Shown piece by piece: positions 40,748 to 54,777 of a stretch of DNA of 64,000 nucleotides. A program made the position numbers and the translations under genes. Under the pieces are notes generated by a model, which searched no databases, was not told where the DNA came from, and saw nothing but the letters and a program-made list of their open reading frames with translations. The DNA comes from Catajapyx aquilonaris (taxonomy: Eukaryota), in assembly GCA_000934665.2 (NCBI GenBank), contig JYFJ02000072.1:62001-126000 (forward strand), in the 5' to 3' direction. The first letter of the stretch is position 1. Every line of letters starts with the position of its first letter.

Positions 40748-41871
40748 GTAAGCCACACATATTGCATTAAGCAAAATTTAAGTTTATCCTAAGTCCACCA
40801 CAATTTATTAGAATGAATTGTGCTGGATTTAGGAGATCAGTTCAGTTTTAAAAGGATGGTTGTTCTTATTGCAAATTGCAAAGGATCTGATATTAAACTC
40901 AGGAATGTAGAGTAGAGTCAAGTACATTGATCATGTTGTCAATTGCTTGTGCATTGGTCAAGTGTGGTATTAAAAAGATAGATGCATTTGAGATACTTCT
41001 TGTCGTTGGCAGGCCAACCAGTAATTTCACATCAGTTTCTGAACCATTTTTGATCATAAAATTACTTTAGTAAATTATATGAAGGCAACACTTTGCACAG
41101 AAATCCTCATTGTGACACTGAATTAGGTAAAGTAATCCGATTTTGTGAGTAAGATTTGCTGAGTGATCCCTGAAACTAATGCTTGACTTAGTTCACGCAG
41201 GAGTGTCATGATGACTTTTGGCATTGATTACCTATATGACTTGGACTTTGCTTACTTTTGGATTATCAGTAGCATGACTCATAATGGGAAATTTACTCAG
41301 TCAAACATCTTAGTGGGAAATGCAATACCCTATCTTGAGGCTAACATCTGTTAGTTTCTCTCCATATGCACAGGGTTCTTTAGTGCTCCTATACTTCCAT
41401 ATGGGTTGTATTGTACTGTTTTATTACCCACGAGCAATACATCATAATTATGATTTCCCAATACCGGTATGTAATAAACAGCCACAGAAACTCCAACATT
41501 GTAAATTGCAGGACAGCTTAGGTACACATATGAATAGACTCGTTTCCAGAGTATTTCCAAAGAGGAAATCTGTATGGAAATTTTAGGAGTAAAGTAACAT
41601 TTGCATTATCACGCATTATTAATTTTGTGTACTAGTAGTACCCAACTGAATTGCTCCACTGAATCATTTCATCAGTCAGCACACATCCATAATTGCTTCC
41701 CATTTGTCGCACCATGATACAGTACTGCACTGTAACAGGTGTGGGTACTGAGGTAGGCATACATTGAAAGGGTTTAGCAGTGTGTTTCTTACACTAAAAT
41801 CAATTCACAATTGTTCCTTTATCATATTCTGTGCACCAGATGTGATTGTGGGATTTATATGTGGGTTTGTA

Positions 41872-42441
41872 CGAGGGCTGTTCCAAAATGATTTACACTT
41901 TATTTTTTTGCCACAAATGCAGGGCCCATGCAGGTTGGCAGATAGGCAAACATTATTGATATAATCCTCATAGAGCTGAATGCCACAGGTGTACCAGCCT
42001 CTCCAGGAACCACTTTTGGTTAGACAACTGCTCACTGTCAAAAATGTCCTTGAAATGGCAGTGGCGAAGTAGTTTTTTCATGGATCCAAACAGGTGAAAG
42101 TCACTGGGGGGCCAGGCCAGGGGATACAGCGAGTGTGGAAACATCAAAATCTGGATCCATGAAAAATCAATTTGCAGACACCATTTCAAGGACATTGTTG
42201 AACAGGAAGCAGTTGTCCGGGAGTGGGTGTACCAATAGATTAATAAGCCACCTTATTAATCTATGGGTGTACCCCACCACCAAAAAGTGGTTCTTGATGA
42301 GCCTGGAGAGATTGGTATGCCTGTGGGGATGGTACATTCGGCTCCAGGAGGATTCTATCGATAAGGTATGCCTATCTGCCAACCTGCTTGGGCCCTGGAA
42401 TTGTGGCAAAAAAATTAAGTGTCATTTTGGAAAGGCCCTCG
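41872..42441. mobile_element. Mariner-derived fold-back element (two inverted 3' ends)
   Basis: TA|CGAGGG...CCCTCG|TA. The arms are complementary for about 230 bp. Minus-strand remnant WPPSDFHLFGSMKKLL and plus-strand remnant GSMKNQF...WFLMSLERLVCLWGWYIRLQEDSIDK both match the mariner transposase C-terminus. Confidence 0.85.
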
Positions 42442-42969
42442 TATAAAGTAGGCAGTGTGACAGTTCTCTTGGGAAAAAGAATTCTACATGCTTTAGTAGT
42501 GGTTTGCTTAAATGTGCCCCCAAAAAATCAAATGTTGCTCTTTTAATGCAGATTAGATATTGAGAATAATTAGGCATTATGTAAGTGGTGCAGCACACTA
42601 CTTCCTGATTTACTGTGCAGATGTCATATGTATTATTTCCATGTCAGGACTGTGTGGCATACCATTCTCTCAAACTGATCTGTCGTATTTGCCATGCACT
42701 CAAAGCAGGAGGTTATATTTTGTAATGTATTTGTACATTGTGTGGAGACCATTGGCTGGCTTTTATTCTCACTCCAGAAGTAACTTTTACTTACATTGCG
42801 CAAGACTTCTTCATTACAGATTGGGTTGTGTATTATGTGGCCAGGAACTGGACTCGTACACACTGTGAATCCAAACACATTTTGCAAGGAATGAATTTCC
42901 GTGGTTGTTTTGTAGACAAGTAGCAGTTTAAATTACCAGCAATGATTTTAATTTTAAGGCTTGAAAATA

Positions 42970-43685
42970 CAGCGTGTCCCACTACCGACTTGACCCGGCA
43001 TCTCTTTAAAAACTTTTAACAGGAATGAAGATATACCGAAATTTGAACTGAACTAACCTCACTATGTGAGAAAGGAAATGGCATCACAACATATGCTGGA
43101 AATGGCCATCATTTGTGTCTAGGAAGGGCTGAACTCCTCACTACGTATTTTGGAAGGTCCTGGCCAGCATGTCCTGAGGCGCTGCCTGAATTTCTTGGGT
43201 GATGTTTTCTTTCAAGGCGTTGATAGATTGTGGTTTGTTTCGGTACACATGCCACACATCACACGTCAGCATGGCCGAAATTCAGTCCGTTCTTGGCGAC
43301 CAAGTCATTTCGAAGGGAATTTGGCGGACTTTGGCCACTGCAGTCGCCCGATCTTACGCCACCTAATTAATTGTTATGGGGCTATCTGAGAGGGCGAGTG
43401 TACTGAAACAGACCAAGATCCATAGATCCCTTGTACAATTGTAAGAACACACCATCCAAGAAATTCAGGCAATGCCTCAGGACATCCTGGCCAGGACCTT
43501 CCGAACTATTCAGTGTCTATTCAGGCCTACCTGGACACAAATGGTTGCTATTTCCAGCGCATGTTGTGATGCCATTTCCTTTCTCACAGAGTGAGGTTAG
43601 TTCAGTTCAAAATTCATTGCAATATCTTCATTCATGTTAAAGTTATTAAAGAAATGCTGGGTAAAGTAGCTAGTGGGACACCCTC
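42970..43685. mobile_element. Tc1/mariner (maT/rosa-like) fold-back element
   Basis: TA|CAGCGTGTCCCACTA ... TAGTGGGACACCCTC|TA, with about 240-bp complementary arms. The central plus-strand remnant WPLQSPDLTPPN*LLWGYLRGRVY*NRPRSID matches the WPxxSPDLxPxDFFLWGxLKxxVY motif and contains stops. Confidence 0.85.
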
Positions 43686-44522
43686 TAATTAAGATATTTA
43701 CCCAAGCTCTAGAGCAGCCAGTGTGTTGCACAGAGTAGAACAGCTTTCTGGTCAACGATGGTTTGCACCACTAAGCTGTTATTTGTATGATAATACAGTC
43801 GTGACTGAACTCCTGCACATATGTGACATTTTCATTGGTTGTTAGTATTTCCAAGAATCTAATTTTTGGTAGAAAAACTGTGAAAGCCACTACATATTGT
43901 CTGGAATTTAAGGTCATTGCACGTACAATTTGTGTGCATGTCATAGTTTGCTCTGGGATATACTGGATATTGGATATACTGGTGAAGGAACAGCAGACAC
44001 GGCCATTGTCACTATCAATCCCAAAGCTGAATGCAGGTAAAGATCCACTTCAGAAGGGAGTGCTCATATGCTCGTAACACCTAGGTTGCGAGTAGTGGTT
44101 GATCAGGACTTGAAATAATGGTCACCAGCATGATCACCAGCAGCCCATATTAGAGGCCAGTAGAGAGAACGGGAAGGTCTAAGGATGCCCTCAAAAAGCA
44201 GGTTAGGTAGTGGCACCACGTGAACAAAGGCATCTATTTGATGAATTTGGTGTCTGTCAGGAGACTGTCACACCTGATCTGGGTAAATGTATGTGCACAT
44301 GACAATCAGCATCAACAACATGGCATAGGGCAAGCCTTCAATATGATTAATGGAGGCATCACATGCTAGTGCTGGACTCCAGGTTGGACTGTTTTTGGTT
44401 ATGTTGTGCATAGGAAAATTGTTCTCGTGTACAGATGTACTACATTCTTTGCATTTATAAATTCCTCCTCCCCACCTATTTTGTCATCTATCTCCCATTC
44501 CCCGAGGGGGGGGGGGGGGGGG

Positions 44523-44529
44523 NNNNNNN
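44523..44529. other. Assembly gap (7 N) after a G homopolymer
   Basis: nnnnnnn directly follows a poly-G run. Confidence 1.
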
Positions 44530-47500
44530 CAAAAGCAATCATTCCAGTTGCCTGCAGTGTTGTGTGTTCATTCCCTACGACTCCTTGTGAAATACCATTG
44601 TGCTTGGTGGCTGTATACTAATTTGTCACCATTTTTATTACTGCATCCCCACCTTATGATTGTGCAAGTATTTTTATTTGGGCTTGTAAAAATAATCACT
44701 CACTGTTCATGTGTGGTGTCATTAAATTGGTATGTGTCACAATATGCATGCTACTGGTTTTATGCGCAGGAAATATTTCATGTGAGTTTTATTTTGGCCT
44801 TCCTCTGATGATAGTGGTGTCGCTGTTATCTGGTTGATAGTGTGAGTACAGTATCTTGTAGTATCTGAGAACTTGGTAGCATTGATGCCTGGTTAATTTT
44901 CTTTCCCTATATTTCAATAATTTGACATTTTTAAGGAATATTAATAAAATTTGAGATGTCTTAATAGGGAAGAAATGTATGACTGTTTGTTGTGTGCTTG
45001 TAAAGTTGGGGCTTCTAGTGATGTAATTTAAAGTGTGAGTTCAGTGATGGGTTAACTGCCACATGAAAATCTTTTTACAATAATTATTCGTAATTTTGTA
45101 TCATGAAGTTATCCAGGTGTGTGTCACTACTGAGCATCCATCTGGTATCATACTTGTTGGCCAAAAACTAATGTAAATGCAAAATCTGTAGCAATTGATT
45201 TCTTTTGAGTTGGAAGGAGCCAAAGCAACTAATATTATCTGGCCTTTAGAAGATAGTTGAGATAGATGGAGATAGAAACTAAGAGAGAGAGAATACAGGA
45301 ACGACTGATATCTTTCTTTGTTTCCTATCTCACAAAGACCTTTCCAGAATGGATGACCCTGCCAGTAGACCAAGCTACTTCCAATGCAGCTCTTAGAGTT
45401 GTCAGAGTATTATAAGACCGTGTCAGAGAAATACAGCAGTGTTGCCTAGGGAAAAGGATATGAGAGGGATATTGATTACTTTGCAAAAGGTTGAGTTTTT
45501 TGCAAGGACATCTCGTTGCATCTTGTGCACAGTAACCATGCTACTCTAACCTTACAGCTCTACCTTCCTAGACCAATGATGTAGCATGCAGTATTCTCTG
45601 TAGTTGTTAGCGTTCAGCATAATTAAGCTCATTTGACATGCCCCATTCACAATACAGCAGCCATATAGGCTCTGTAGCAAGAACTTTTGCCCTTGGGTCT
45701 GAGGTCAACATAACTTCAAATAAATTCTATCCCTATGTACACTCTCTGACTGTCCTGCTGCTCTGTACTAAGCCAAGGGTGAAAGTCTTGTAAGTCACAA
45801 AAGTTATGACACATGGCATGTGTATAAGAGTGATTAGGAAATTATGGCAATGGCTGTGGTGGGGGCTTCGAATGATTTAAGCAGCATTATGTGATCTTCT
45901 TCATGTATTATGTAATGGAAAATCCATTGTAGTGTTACAAAGTTATATGTCTCGCTCACTAATGTTTATAATATAATATTGAGCAATAGTGCTTGAATGA
46001 GTACACATTGCCCTAATCCCCTGCAATATGACTTTCCCGTTGGCATGCAACATAATTGTGCATGTAACCAACTATCGTCACAGACATAACAGCAATATGA
46101 GTCAGATTGCTCTTCATCCTGATGTTACAGCAAGCAGGATTGCACTGTTGAATATTCATTTATCTATCACTATGATACACGGTTTCATTCACATTTGTAG
46201 TAAACTAGGCATGAAGTCATACTTTTACGCTGGCATTAATGGGATCTGAGAAAAGTTGATCATAGGCTCCAAAGACAGAACAATTAGACAACATGGATAT
46301 AAAAATATCACATTTGACGATTTGTGGTACTGTTTTTGATATCAGGCAGGATTTTTATGTCACCTGCTAGTCCTTGTCATATATACAGAATGACGGATAT
46401 GTGCCTGAATCACATTATTCTGCTGCACGCGAGTACCAGGTTTTAGGTACTGTTAGGTGATACACATTTTCAAATAATTATCATACGATTTTCTCTGGTG
46501 CCAACAAAGTTTTGTTACATAATTTTCTATTTCATGTCACCTCAGTTTTCCCCAACATCTGTTACCAGTACTGCGTATGGTAATGGGAAGATTTTTGAAA
46601 TATTAATGTGATTCATCAAACATATGTAACAACAAGCAGGTGGTCTTAACAATATTGCTACACTCCCTATTTTAAAATTTCACGTAGCACTGCTTCCAGC
46701 TGCCCCTACCAAGTACTCTGGATTGTGCTTCAGAGGCTACTGCATCACCCATGCACGCAAGGTGACCTCAGCAATTTTGTGTGACAAAGAAGCCTGCTTT
46801 ACGTCAGGATCTGTGTAATTAATTATGGACTGTGTTAGAAGCGTATTCTATTCTGATTCCTTCCGGAAGTGAAGACCAGGTGTGTCCGGGTGGAACTGCC
46901 AACAGGAGGTCATGTTGTGCCGCAACAGTTGTGAGACCAAGCAGTAGTGACTCCCCCAAGTTGGTTGTCGCTTGCATTGATAATGACCGATATGATGAGG
47001 GTTGTTCCCCGGCTGTATTAACACCCAAGAGGACAAGTGATTCCGGAAGCATTGCTCAGTGGAGGGTTACCACCGCCAAGGAGATTGCAACATGGGATGT
47101 CATTATTCTACATCAGCCAAAGAATGGATCCGATTGGGAAGGTGGGGAACCTCCAGTGACGTGGGCATTCTTGGTAACCTCCCATTTAGCTGTCACCTGG
47201 AGGCCACTCAGTAGGGCACACACATTGAACCTGTCTCACCTCCTGCCCTCCCTCCCACCCAATATCCCATTAATGTTACACCAATATACAGGTGCTTTTG
47301 TTTATTTGTGACATCCTGGTGACGTATGTAGGGGAGGAGAATTTTTGTGTACTGATGAAAAAGAGATAGTAGTGGTGCAGGCAGCAAACCGGATTCACAA
47401 TGGTTTTTCTGTGAGAGACTCTTCTACCACCCACCTGTTGTAACGCTGGGCTCTGGGTGACCACTTGAGGAGGTTAGGAAGGATCTGAGTGGTAAGAAGG

Positions 47501-49203
47501 CCGTTTTGGCATTTTTTTGAGGCAATATATCCCAAATTATTTTATTTGGGCAGCTTTGCGAGTTATCCTGGATCAATTTCTTGCGGCTGTATCTGCAAAT
47601 AGGCGATCACGAGTGCAACTATTTAAGGATGGTTTCTTGACCTGTGACCCCGATATTGCGTGTGATTGTCGCATTCCCATTTTTAGCTTTTGTTCACAAA
47701 ACTATTTACTCCCTCGAAATGAGCGAAATCTGACGTCAAGGAATTCGCACAAAAATATGTTTCCTGATTATGCCGCGTAATTTTACTATAAACGTGATAT
47801 ACACAAATTGCGAAGGGACTGACCCTGAAATGGCAGTATGTGTCTGCATACATATTATTGCTGTGCAACATATCACGATGAGGGTCGTATAATTTGCATA
47901 ATAAAAGAGTATCGGGAAGCGAAAACAGGAAGCGGACAGTAATTCCGAAATAAACGATGCGATGAAAAAAGGGTATTCGTAGGCAAATTGCTGGCTGAAT
48001 TTTTTAGCGAAATTTACGATGCAAAATTCGATTCCGAATATAGCATTTTGTACGGTATCAGTATATAGGCGGTTATCGCTCGGTATTAAAATCTGAAATT
48101 GTAGCTTATGTGGTAGCAAGTGTACCCGCGAAGAATTTTTCACAAAAGTTCATTGCAGTATTATTTTTAACAGGGTGACGTTTTTATGTCATTTTTGTCG
48201 CTTGCGAAGATTTACTGCGATATGTGCAATTGCAGGCGCGGAACTGGTATGCAGGAAGTTGTAATGGCTCGTGCTTTGTTCAGTTACTGAGAGTAGTGGT
48301 GCCGCGGGGCAGATTTATCGGCTTCAGTGATAGGGGTTCAGGTTCTTGTCGACAGCTGACCTCACGGTATTATTTACACCGGTAATTAACAGTTAATTGA
48401 CCTTGACTTGACAAAGAGTGCGTTTTATTTTTGTGTCGAGACTTTTGATAAATCGTGAACTGGTAGATAAGAGTCGAATGTTCCTGAGGACACATTCCCA
48501 GAAGGTGCGATTTCCTTGCGTGAGAAATCACATAAATACTCCGATAATAGCTAAGAGGTTAATAATTCGTTCACTGAACTTTTGATATGGAGACCGCGTA
48601 CACATTATACCTCCCAACCCCCGCCTTTCACCCTTGGGTTGTTGTTGCTTGTTGACTTAAGCTGGATGGTCAGTTGATTCTGAACAGTGGTATCATCTGG
48701 TCCCATTTACTGCCGGCCCTACAGTTGTGTCAACTGAGGTGCCGAGTGCAGAAAATGATACAATTCAGTATCTCAATTTATCTTTGACTAAACGGGCGCT
48801 TTTATCGGTTCTGGCAATGACCAAAATAGGGCACTGTCGTTTCACTCATTTTTAAAGGATCATTACTAATCATTATTAACACCGTCCCTCACCTAAATTG
48901 ATTAAAATGAGACTACAATTTTGGCGAATTTGCATGAGGTCGTTGTGTCTTTCGTAAGTTGATTGATCACTGCTGACCCTGACCTCAAGAGATATGTTGT
49001 AGGGATGATATAAGACGATTTATCTGGGACAGGGAGAATCTTTGGGTTGGGTGTGATGATGGGAGGGGGATCGGGAGGGGGTGTTGCAAACGGACCCACA
49101 GTAGGAGTCGTGTGGAAAAGGTGTCATCTGTTTGTGACTGATTGCGTGGTCTTTTGAGCAATTGAATTTGGGGCAAGTGGTTGGCAGTGCCAGTGTCTTA
49201 GCC

Positions 49204-51581
49204 ATGGACAAGAAGTCTTCAGAGTATTCGTCCCTGTGAGTGACAAAAATAGAAAACTTTTTTTGTGTGCTGTGACCATTGTTAAATAATTTGTGAAGGG
49301 GTGATAAGCAACGTGTACTTTTTTTTTGCATTCAGTTGGTGATAAGACTCATTTGCTATGATAAAATTGCATTGCTTTTTGCATATGTTGCAGGTTGGGG
49401 CAACTGAGTCCATCCTACTACTCCAGTATGGGCGAATCAGCCCACCGCATTGTTTTCTGCACACATGGAAATGTGTATGGTGTGGGAACAGCCACCTGCT
49501 GCCCTGATGCCAAGGTGGAGAATGGTGTCACCCCAACTGACAGAGACAGGAAGGAGTCCTTTGCAGAACACTGCCACCCTAGTAGAAATGAAGGACCAGA
49601 CACGAAGGCTAGGAAAAGGCTCATTATCGCCAGTGTCCTATGTGTCGTGTTCATGATTGCAGAGATTGTAGGTAAGCAGTGTCAATGCCCCAACAGAATT
49701 GATGACATTGCATGGAGGTGGCTTGATTGGCATGTCCTGAACTTCCTGCTCTAATTATTATGTCACAGCCTTGGACTTGCATCAGTGATGCATGTCAGCA
49801 TTCAAAACAAAAATTTACAATGGGAACTTAACAAAGCAACTGGGCAAGCTTTACAGTTCATTACAAGTGGATTGTCTATAAGCAGTTTTCTGAGGCTTTA
49901 TACCCTCCCACATGAAAAATCCATGCGCTTAATTAATTATTACATCTTACACTTACTTCTTTGACTTCTAGGTGGATACTTAGCAAACAGCTTAGCCATA
50001 GCCACTGATGCAGCGCATCTTCTGACAGACTTTGCAAGCTTCATGATCTCCTTATTTTCTCTATGGGTTGCTACCCGCCCTGCCACACAACGAATGAGCT
50101 TTGGCTGGTACAGAGCTGAGGTGATTGGAGCCCTTACCTCTGTCCTGATGATCTGGGTAGTCACAGGAGTTTTAGTTTACATGGCCGTTCAGAGGGTCAT
50201 CAACCGGGACTTCGAGATTCAGGCTGACATCATGTTGATCATCTCGGGTGTTGGGGTGGCAGTTAATATTGTGTGAGTATTGCTGATTGACTGTTGCATA
50301 GCATGTCAAGGAAGGTTTTTATTGTTCTAGAGTGGCTCCATAAAAGGCCAAAGTGTAATGATGGGGATTTCCTAGTTATGAGGATCTCTTTTGTTTTCAA
50401 ATGATGTTATTGTTATTTTTAAAATTTAGGATGGGCTTAACACTCCACCAGCATGGGCATGGTCATGGAGGCCACGGTCACAGTCATGGAGGTGGTAAAC
50501 ATGGCCACAGCCATGGAGATGGCGGACATGGCCACAGTCATGGTGATGGAGGAGAAAATGGTGAAGTCAAACTTAGTGAAAGGGCTCAGAAAGAAGCCAA
50601 TATTAATGTACGAGCTGCTTTCATCCATGTCTTGGGCGATCTCCTTCAGAGTGTGGGTGTCTTTGTCGCTGCTCTTATTATATATTTTAAGGTAAGTGGT
50701 CACTTGTGGGTCCTGGTACATACCATTAAACTGGCCATTACATAACCATTGCCTTCCTGCAGCCGGATTGGAACATCGTTGATCCCATTTGCACATTTCT
50801 GTTTTCAATCTTGGTGCTGGCCACTACATTTGCCATTATGAAGGACACTCTGACAGTTCTTATGGAAGGTGAGAGTTCTTGATCCTATCATTTGACACTC
50901 ATGTAATCTAATAAACATTCTCTCCCCCAGGTAAGCCTAAAGGAGTAGATTTTGCAGAAGTTCTGAGCACACTCATGGATATAGAGGGTGTAAAGCGAGT
51001 GCATAATCTGCGAATATGGGCACTCAGTATGGACAAGACTGCTTTAGCTGCTCACTTGGCCATTGGTAATTTTTTAATTCTCTTTGTGTATCTGACTGAT
51101 ATCTTACGTTGTTCCACATCAGTAAAACCGGGCATTATCACAAACGATCATTCTCATGACTAGACTAGAGTGCATTATATAACATGTTGTGCCTGGCAAA
51201 TTTGTAACCAAGTATACTGGATGGTGCACATTCTAAAAACCAGTTATGATACAATATTGTGCATGGTAGACGTTCTTTAGGTGGATAATATTTTGTGATT
51301 TGTACCATTTTGAAAAACTTGGTGAGAAACTAGATGCAAATGGAACTGATTATGGGGCTTATATACATAATATACTGTATAAATATTTTATATTTACATA
51401 TGTCATGATGCAACATGTTTTATATCTCATTGTAGAACCTGGAGTAGGTGCACAAACAGTCTTGAAAGCAGCATCTCACGTGGTTCGTTCCAAATACGAC
51501 TTTTTTGAGATGACACTCCAGATTGAAGAGTTCCGAGCAGAGATGGAAGACTGCACACAATGCCAGTGTCCAGAAAAATGA
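49204..51581 (+). CDS. SLC30A2: Zinc transporter, SLC30/CDF family, ZnT2-like (proximal isoform)
   Basis: Exons 49204-49235 (candidate first exon), 49394-49671, 49972-50272, 50430-50691, 50763-50868, 50931-51065, 51436-51581. Motifs: [30 protein letters not shown], His/Gly-rich loop, [42 protein letters not shown], CxxC tail. Exact orthology among ZnT2/3/4/8 is not resolved. Confidence 0.93.
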
Positions 51582-54204
51582 TGATTGATGATTATATGAT
51601 TATGTAAATCTTAACACTGTATTGTATAGTGTATAAAAGGAAGAAAATAATGTATACATGTGCCTTAATGTAAGTGATTATTTGTAAGGGGCAAATTTCC
51701 ACCTAAGTTTATAATAAAGGTGTGCCATGTTTTGAATCAATATGGTTTTATTTTGAAATTGTGTTTTTAAGATGTTTTAGTACTTCTAGCACTAATTTTT
51801 GATTTCATTATGGTATTGTTTATTTTACGATTTGACAAAAAGACTTGCAGTGCAAAATCTGCTGTAAGGCTTTGACGTTTGTATTTTTGTTTCATTGACA
51901 AGAGGTTTAATTGTATTGGTCATCATGTGAGATGGCCAGATGTATGCACAATACACCTGGTCATTAGCTCATTACTGGCTACTTCGTCATGCTGTAATTG
52001 TTTGTATTGTTTTTGTATTGCATTGACAAGCATGTTGTTTAATAATGCCTTGTTTCAGGTATACAACTTTTGAAAAAGACCTCATGGTGTGTGAAGTAAA
52101 GAGGATGGGTTAAAAGTTGTCAATCAGAGGCAACATCTCAGCTGCAGTCAATTTCTATAGGTGCACTTACTAGATGACCAGAAAAGTCTTGATGTTGCAA
52201 GTGTGACTCAAGATTTCTTCCCACATGGCTGAGCAAATTCGTCATTGTGATGAGTGCTTTTAGGTAGTATATTTTGTGCATTTAAATAGGGCAAACCATT
52301 GATAGCCAGTTTAGTGTATGGGTCTCAGTTATAAATGCCTATCCTCATAATTTCTTTCCATGTAGATTTTCTAAAATATTTTTCTAATAAGAGAAGTTGT
52401 CCCCATTCACACTGCATCACATTGACTCAAATCTATCCGAAAGTGTAGGGTTAACCACACAGTGATGGCCCACTGTGCCTTGGATCTTTAATAAATTACC
52501 CAGGCTGCAAATGCCTTACCATGAAGAAATGGTCATGTTGCGACACCTGATGCTGTCCCTGGCATGAACTAGGTCGAAAATCCTTCCACAGACAGAATTA
52601 TATAACCTATGACAGCAATAGCAAATCCATACCTTATTGTGTTAGATGGGATTAATACTTGTGATATTAAATATTCAGTGATATTTCCCTACAACCTCTA
52701 GGGTTTTGTGTGACTTCATCTCATGCCAGTTAGGACATTACTGCTCTTGCAATGCCCACTGCGGACGAATTATTGAGCTATTTCAAGTCATGGACCACAA
52801 GTATCATCACTACCACCATTTATAGTTGAAAAGGCATACTACGGTGTTTTACATAGGGGCTACCGCCCATAAAATACAATGAAATTTTAAAAAATCAGTA
52901 TGATGAAAATGAAAAGTTTCTTCCCATTTGCAAAAAATTAAATTATGCGATACCGTTCATCAAGGGAAGGACTTTCGTATTGGGATACCGAATGTGGCAG
53001 GAGTAGGCGCATGCTGCACCAACATATCCCATGACCTAACTTTCCTTTCTGTCAGATACGAGATACACACCTATCCTTCAGCGGGTTGACGCCTATCATC
53101 TGTCAGCAAATGCAAGCCTATTAGGAAAGTAGATGAAGGTTCGGGGTATCCAGATATGAAAGCGTCGGGAAGGCGTAGCCTTCATCAAGTCGTTGATAAA
53201 TACAAGTACAATCACATACGAACTTTTTAACCATAGGTAGGCTAGTACGGATGCAAAAAGGTTTTCTGTGACTTCTTTCTTAATTTTCCGCAAATACAAT
53301 TTTCAGTGGTCAGAGGAGTTGATGTCCAACTGCTCAAGTTCGTGAGATTTGAGCAGGGACACCCATGGGAGTAATTTCATGACATGACTTTTGACCTTTT
53401 GAGTATGCCGAATGGAAGAAATCTGAGAAAAATATCCACATGTACCTCTATACTCAATGCCTTTCAGACGAAAAAGTTCCATGGTCACACACTCACACTC
53501 CATGCTCCATGCTTCTCATCTACTTACCTGTTAGTTCACCTTAGTTTGAGTCTATTTGCTTCCCGTCCTAACCACGTCAGATCTCCTATAAAGCTGGTCC
53601 ATAATAATGACATCTTTCCATGTTCCATCTAATTATTAGTGACTAGCGTTTTCAGTCTGGCACAGGTGTTTGTACAGGTGTTCGTTCAGGTGATAAAAGC
53701 TAATCAATAAGCATCGTAGTATCGTATGCATAAAACCTATTGACATCATTGAAGTAAATGAGACATTTTTCCTGTAACCTGCACTTTGGCTTTTCTTTAG
53801 CTGCCACTTCTTGTACAATTTCCTTAGATGGAAACATGATGGGATGAACGCCCATTAATCACGACCGCAGTGAATCAGTGGTTGATAAGCTGCGAATATA
53901 AGTCATGATGGGAACACTGAGAGCAGTAAAATTACTGGTACACATAGAGCCCATATGAAAACTATTCTGAGGCGTATAGATTACGTTAGACATCAGTACT
54001 AGTGACTCCATGTCTATATATATAAAGTAGGAAGTTTGTATGTCCGGGTTACCTAACCCACTTACAGACTACTGAGAGTGCTGAAACTTGGCACATGATG
54101 ACATCATAGATAAAATTGGTTTGAACTACACATAATTATAAAGCACGTTTTATTACAGACAAAAACATGTTATAACATCATCGTTCTCACTGCCAATTAA
54201 ATTC

Positions 54205-54777
54205 CTATCTTCCTAAGAAGAGTCCAGCAATCATGGAGTGGCCATTGATAATAGCCAGCTTGAGGGGTGTCTCACCTTTAGAATTCAGCTCATTGTGTTT
54301 GGCTCCCGAGTCTTTGAGCAGCTTGGCGCATCCGTGTCGTCCGTTGGCCGCAGCCAGATGCAGAGCCGTGTCTGAGTCATCATTGGTAATGTCCAAGTCG
54401 GCGTCGTTTTCCACCAGCAACCGAAGAATGGCTTCGGACCCTTCCTTGGCCGCCAGATGGACCGCGGTGTTGCCCTTGTTGTCCTTCAGGTCGAGCAGGG
54501 CTTCGGCCTCGATTAACTGCTCGGCCACCTTGACATTGTTGCAAATGGCTGCAAAGTGCAAGGCGGTCAGACCCATTGGATCCTTCACATCCACGTTCGC
54601 GTTCTTCTGCAGCAACATCTCGGCGGACATGAACCCCGTGCTCATATCCTTGGCTGCCGAGTGCAGCATGGTGTGCCCAGAGGCTGACACCTGGTCCACG
54701 TCGAGGGTGTCTTCCTCCTCCACTGCCGCCTTGCCTTTCTTACCACCCTGCTTCATCTTAGAAGTTTTGCCGGACAT
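54205..54777 (-). CDS. Small ankyrin-repeat protein (190 aa, single coding exon)
   Basis: Repeats GHTMLHSAA, GLTALHFAA, GNTAVHLAA, SDTALHLAA and GETPLKLAI. Acceptor TTTCAG just upstream of the ATG. AATAAA on the minus strand at 54149-54154. Confidence 0.9.
   Translation of the reverse strand: MSGKTSKMKQGGKKGKAAVEEEDTLDVDQVSASGHTMLHSAAKDMSTGFMSAEMLLQKNANVDVKDPMGLTALHFAAICNNVKVAEQLIEAEALLDLKDNKGNTAVHLAAKEGSEAILRLLVENDADLDITNDDSDTALHLAAANGRHGCAKLLKDSGAKHNELNSKGETPLKLAIINGHSMIAGLFLGR

Noticed and set aside
46832..47311. 159-aa ORF in the ZnT intron
   Set aside because: Non-ATG start, no recognisable domain, and no clear phase-compatible splice sites.
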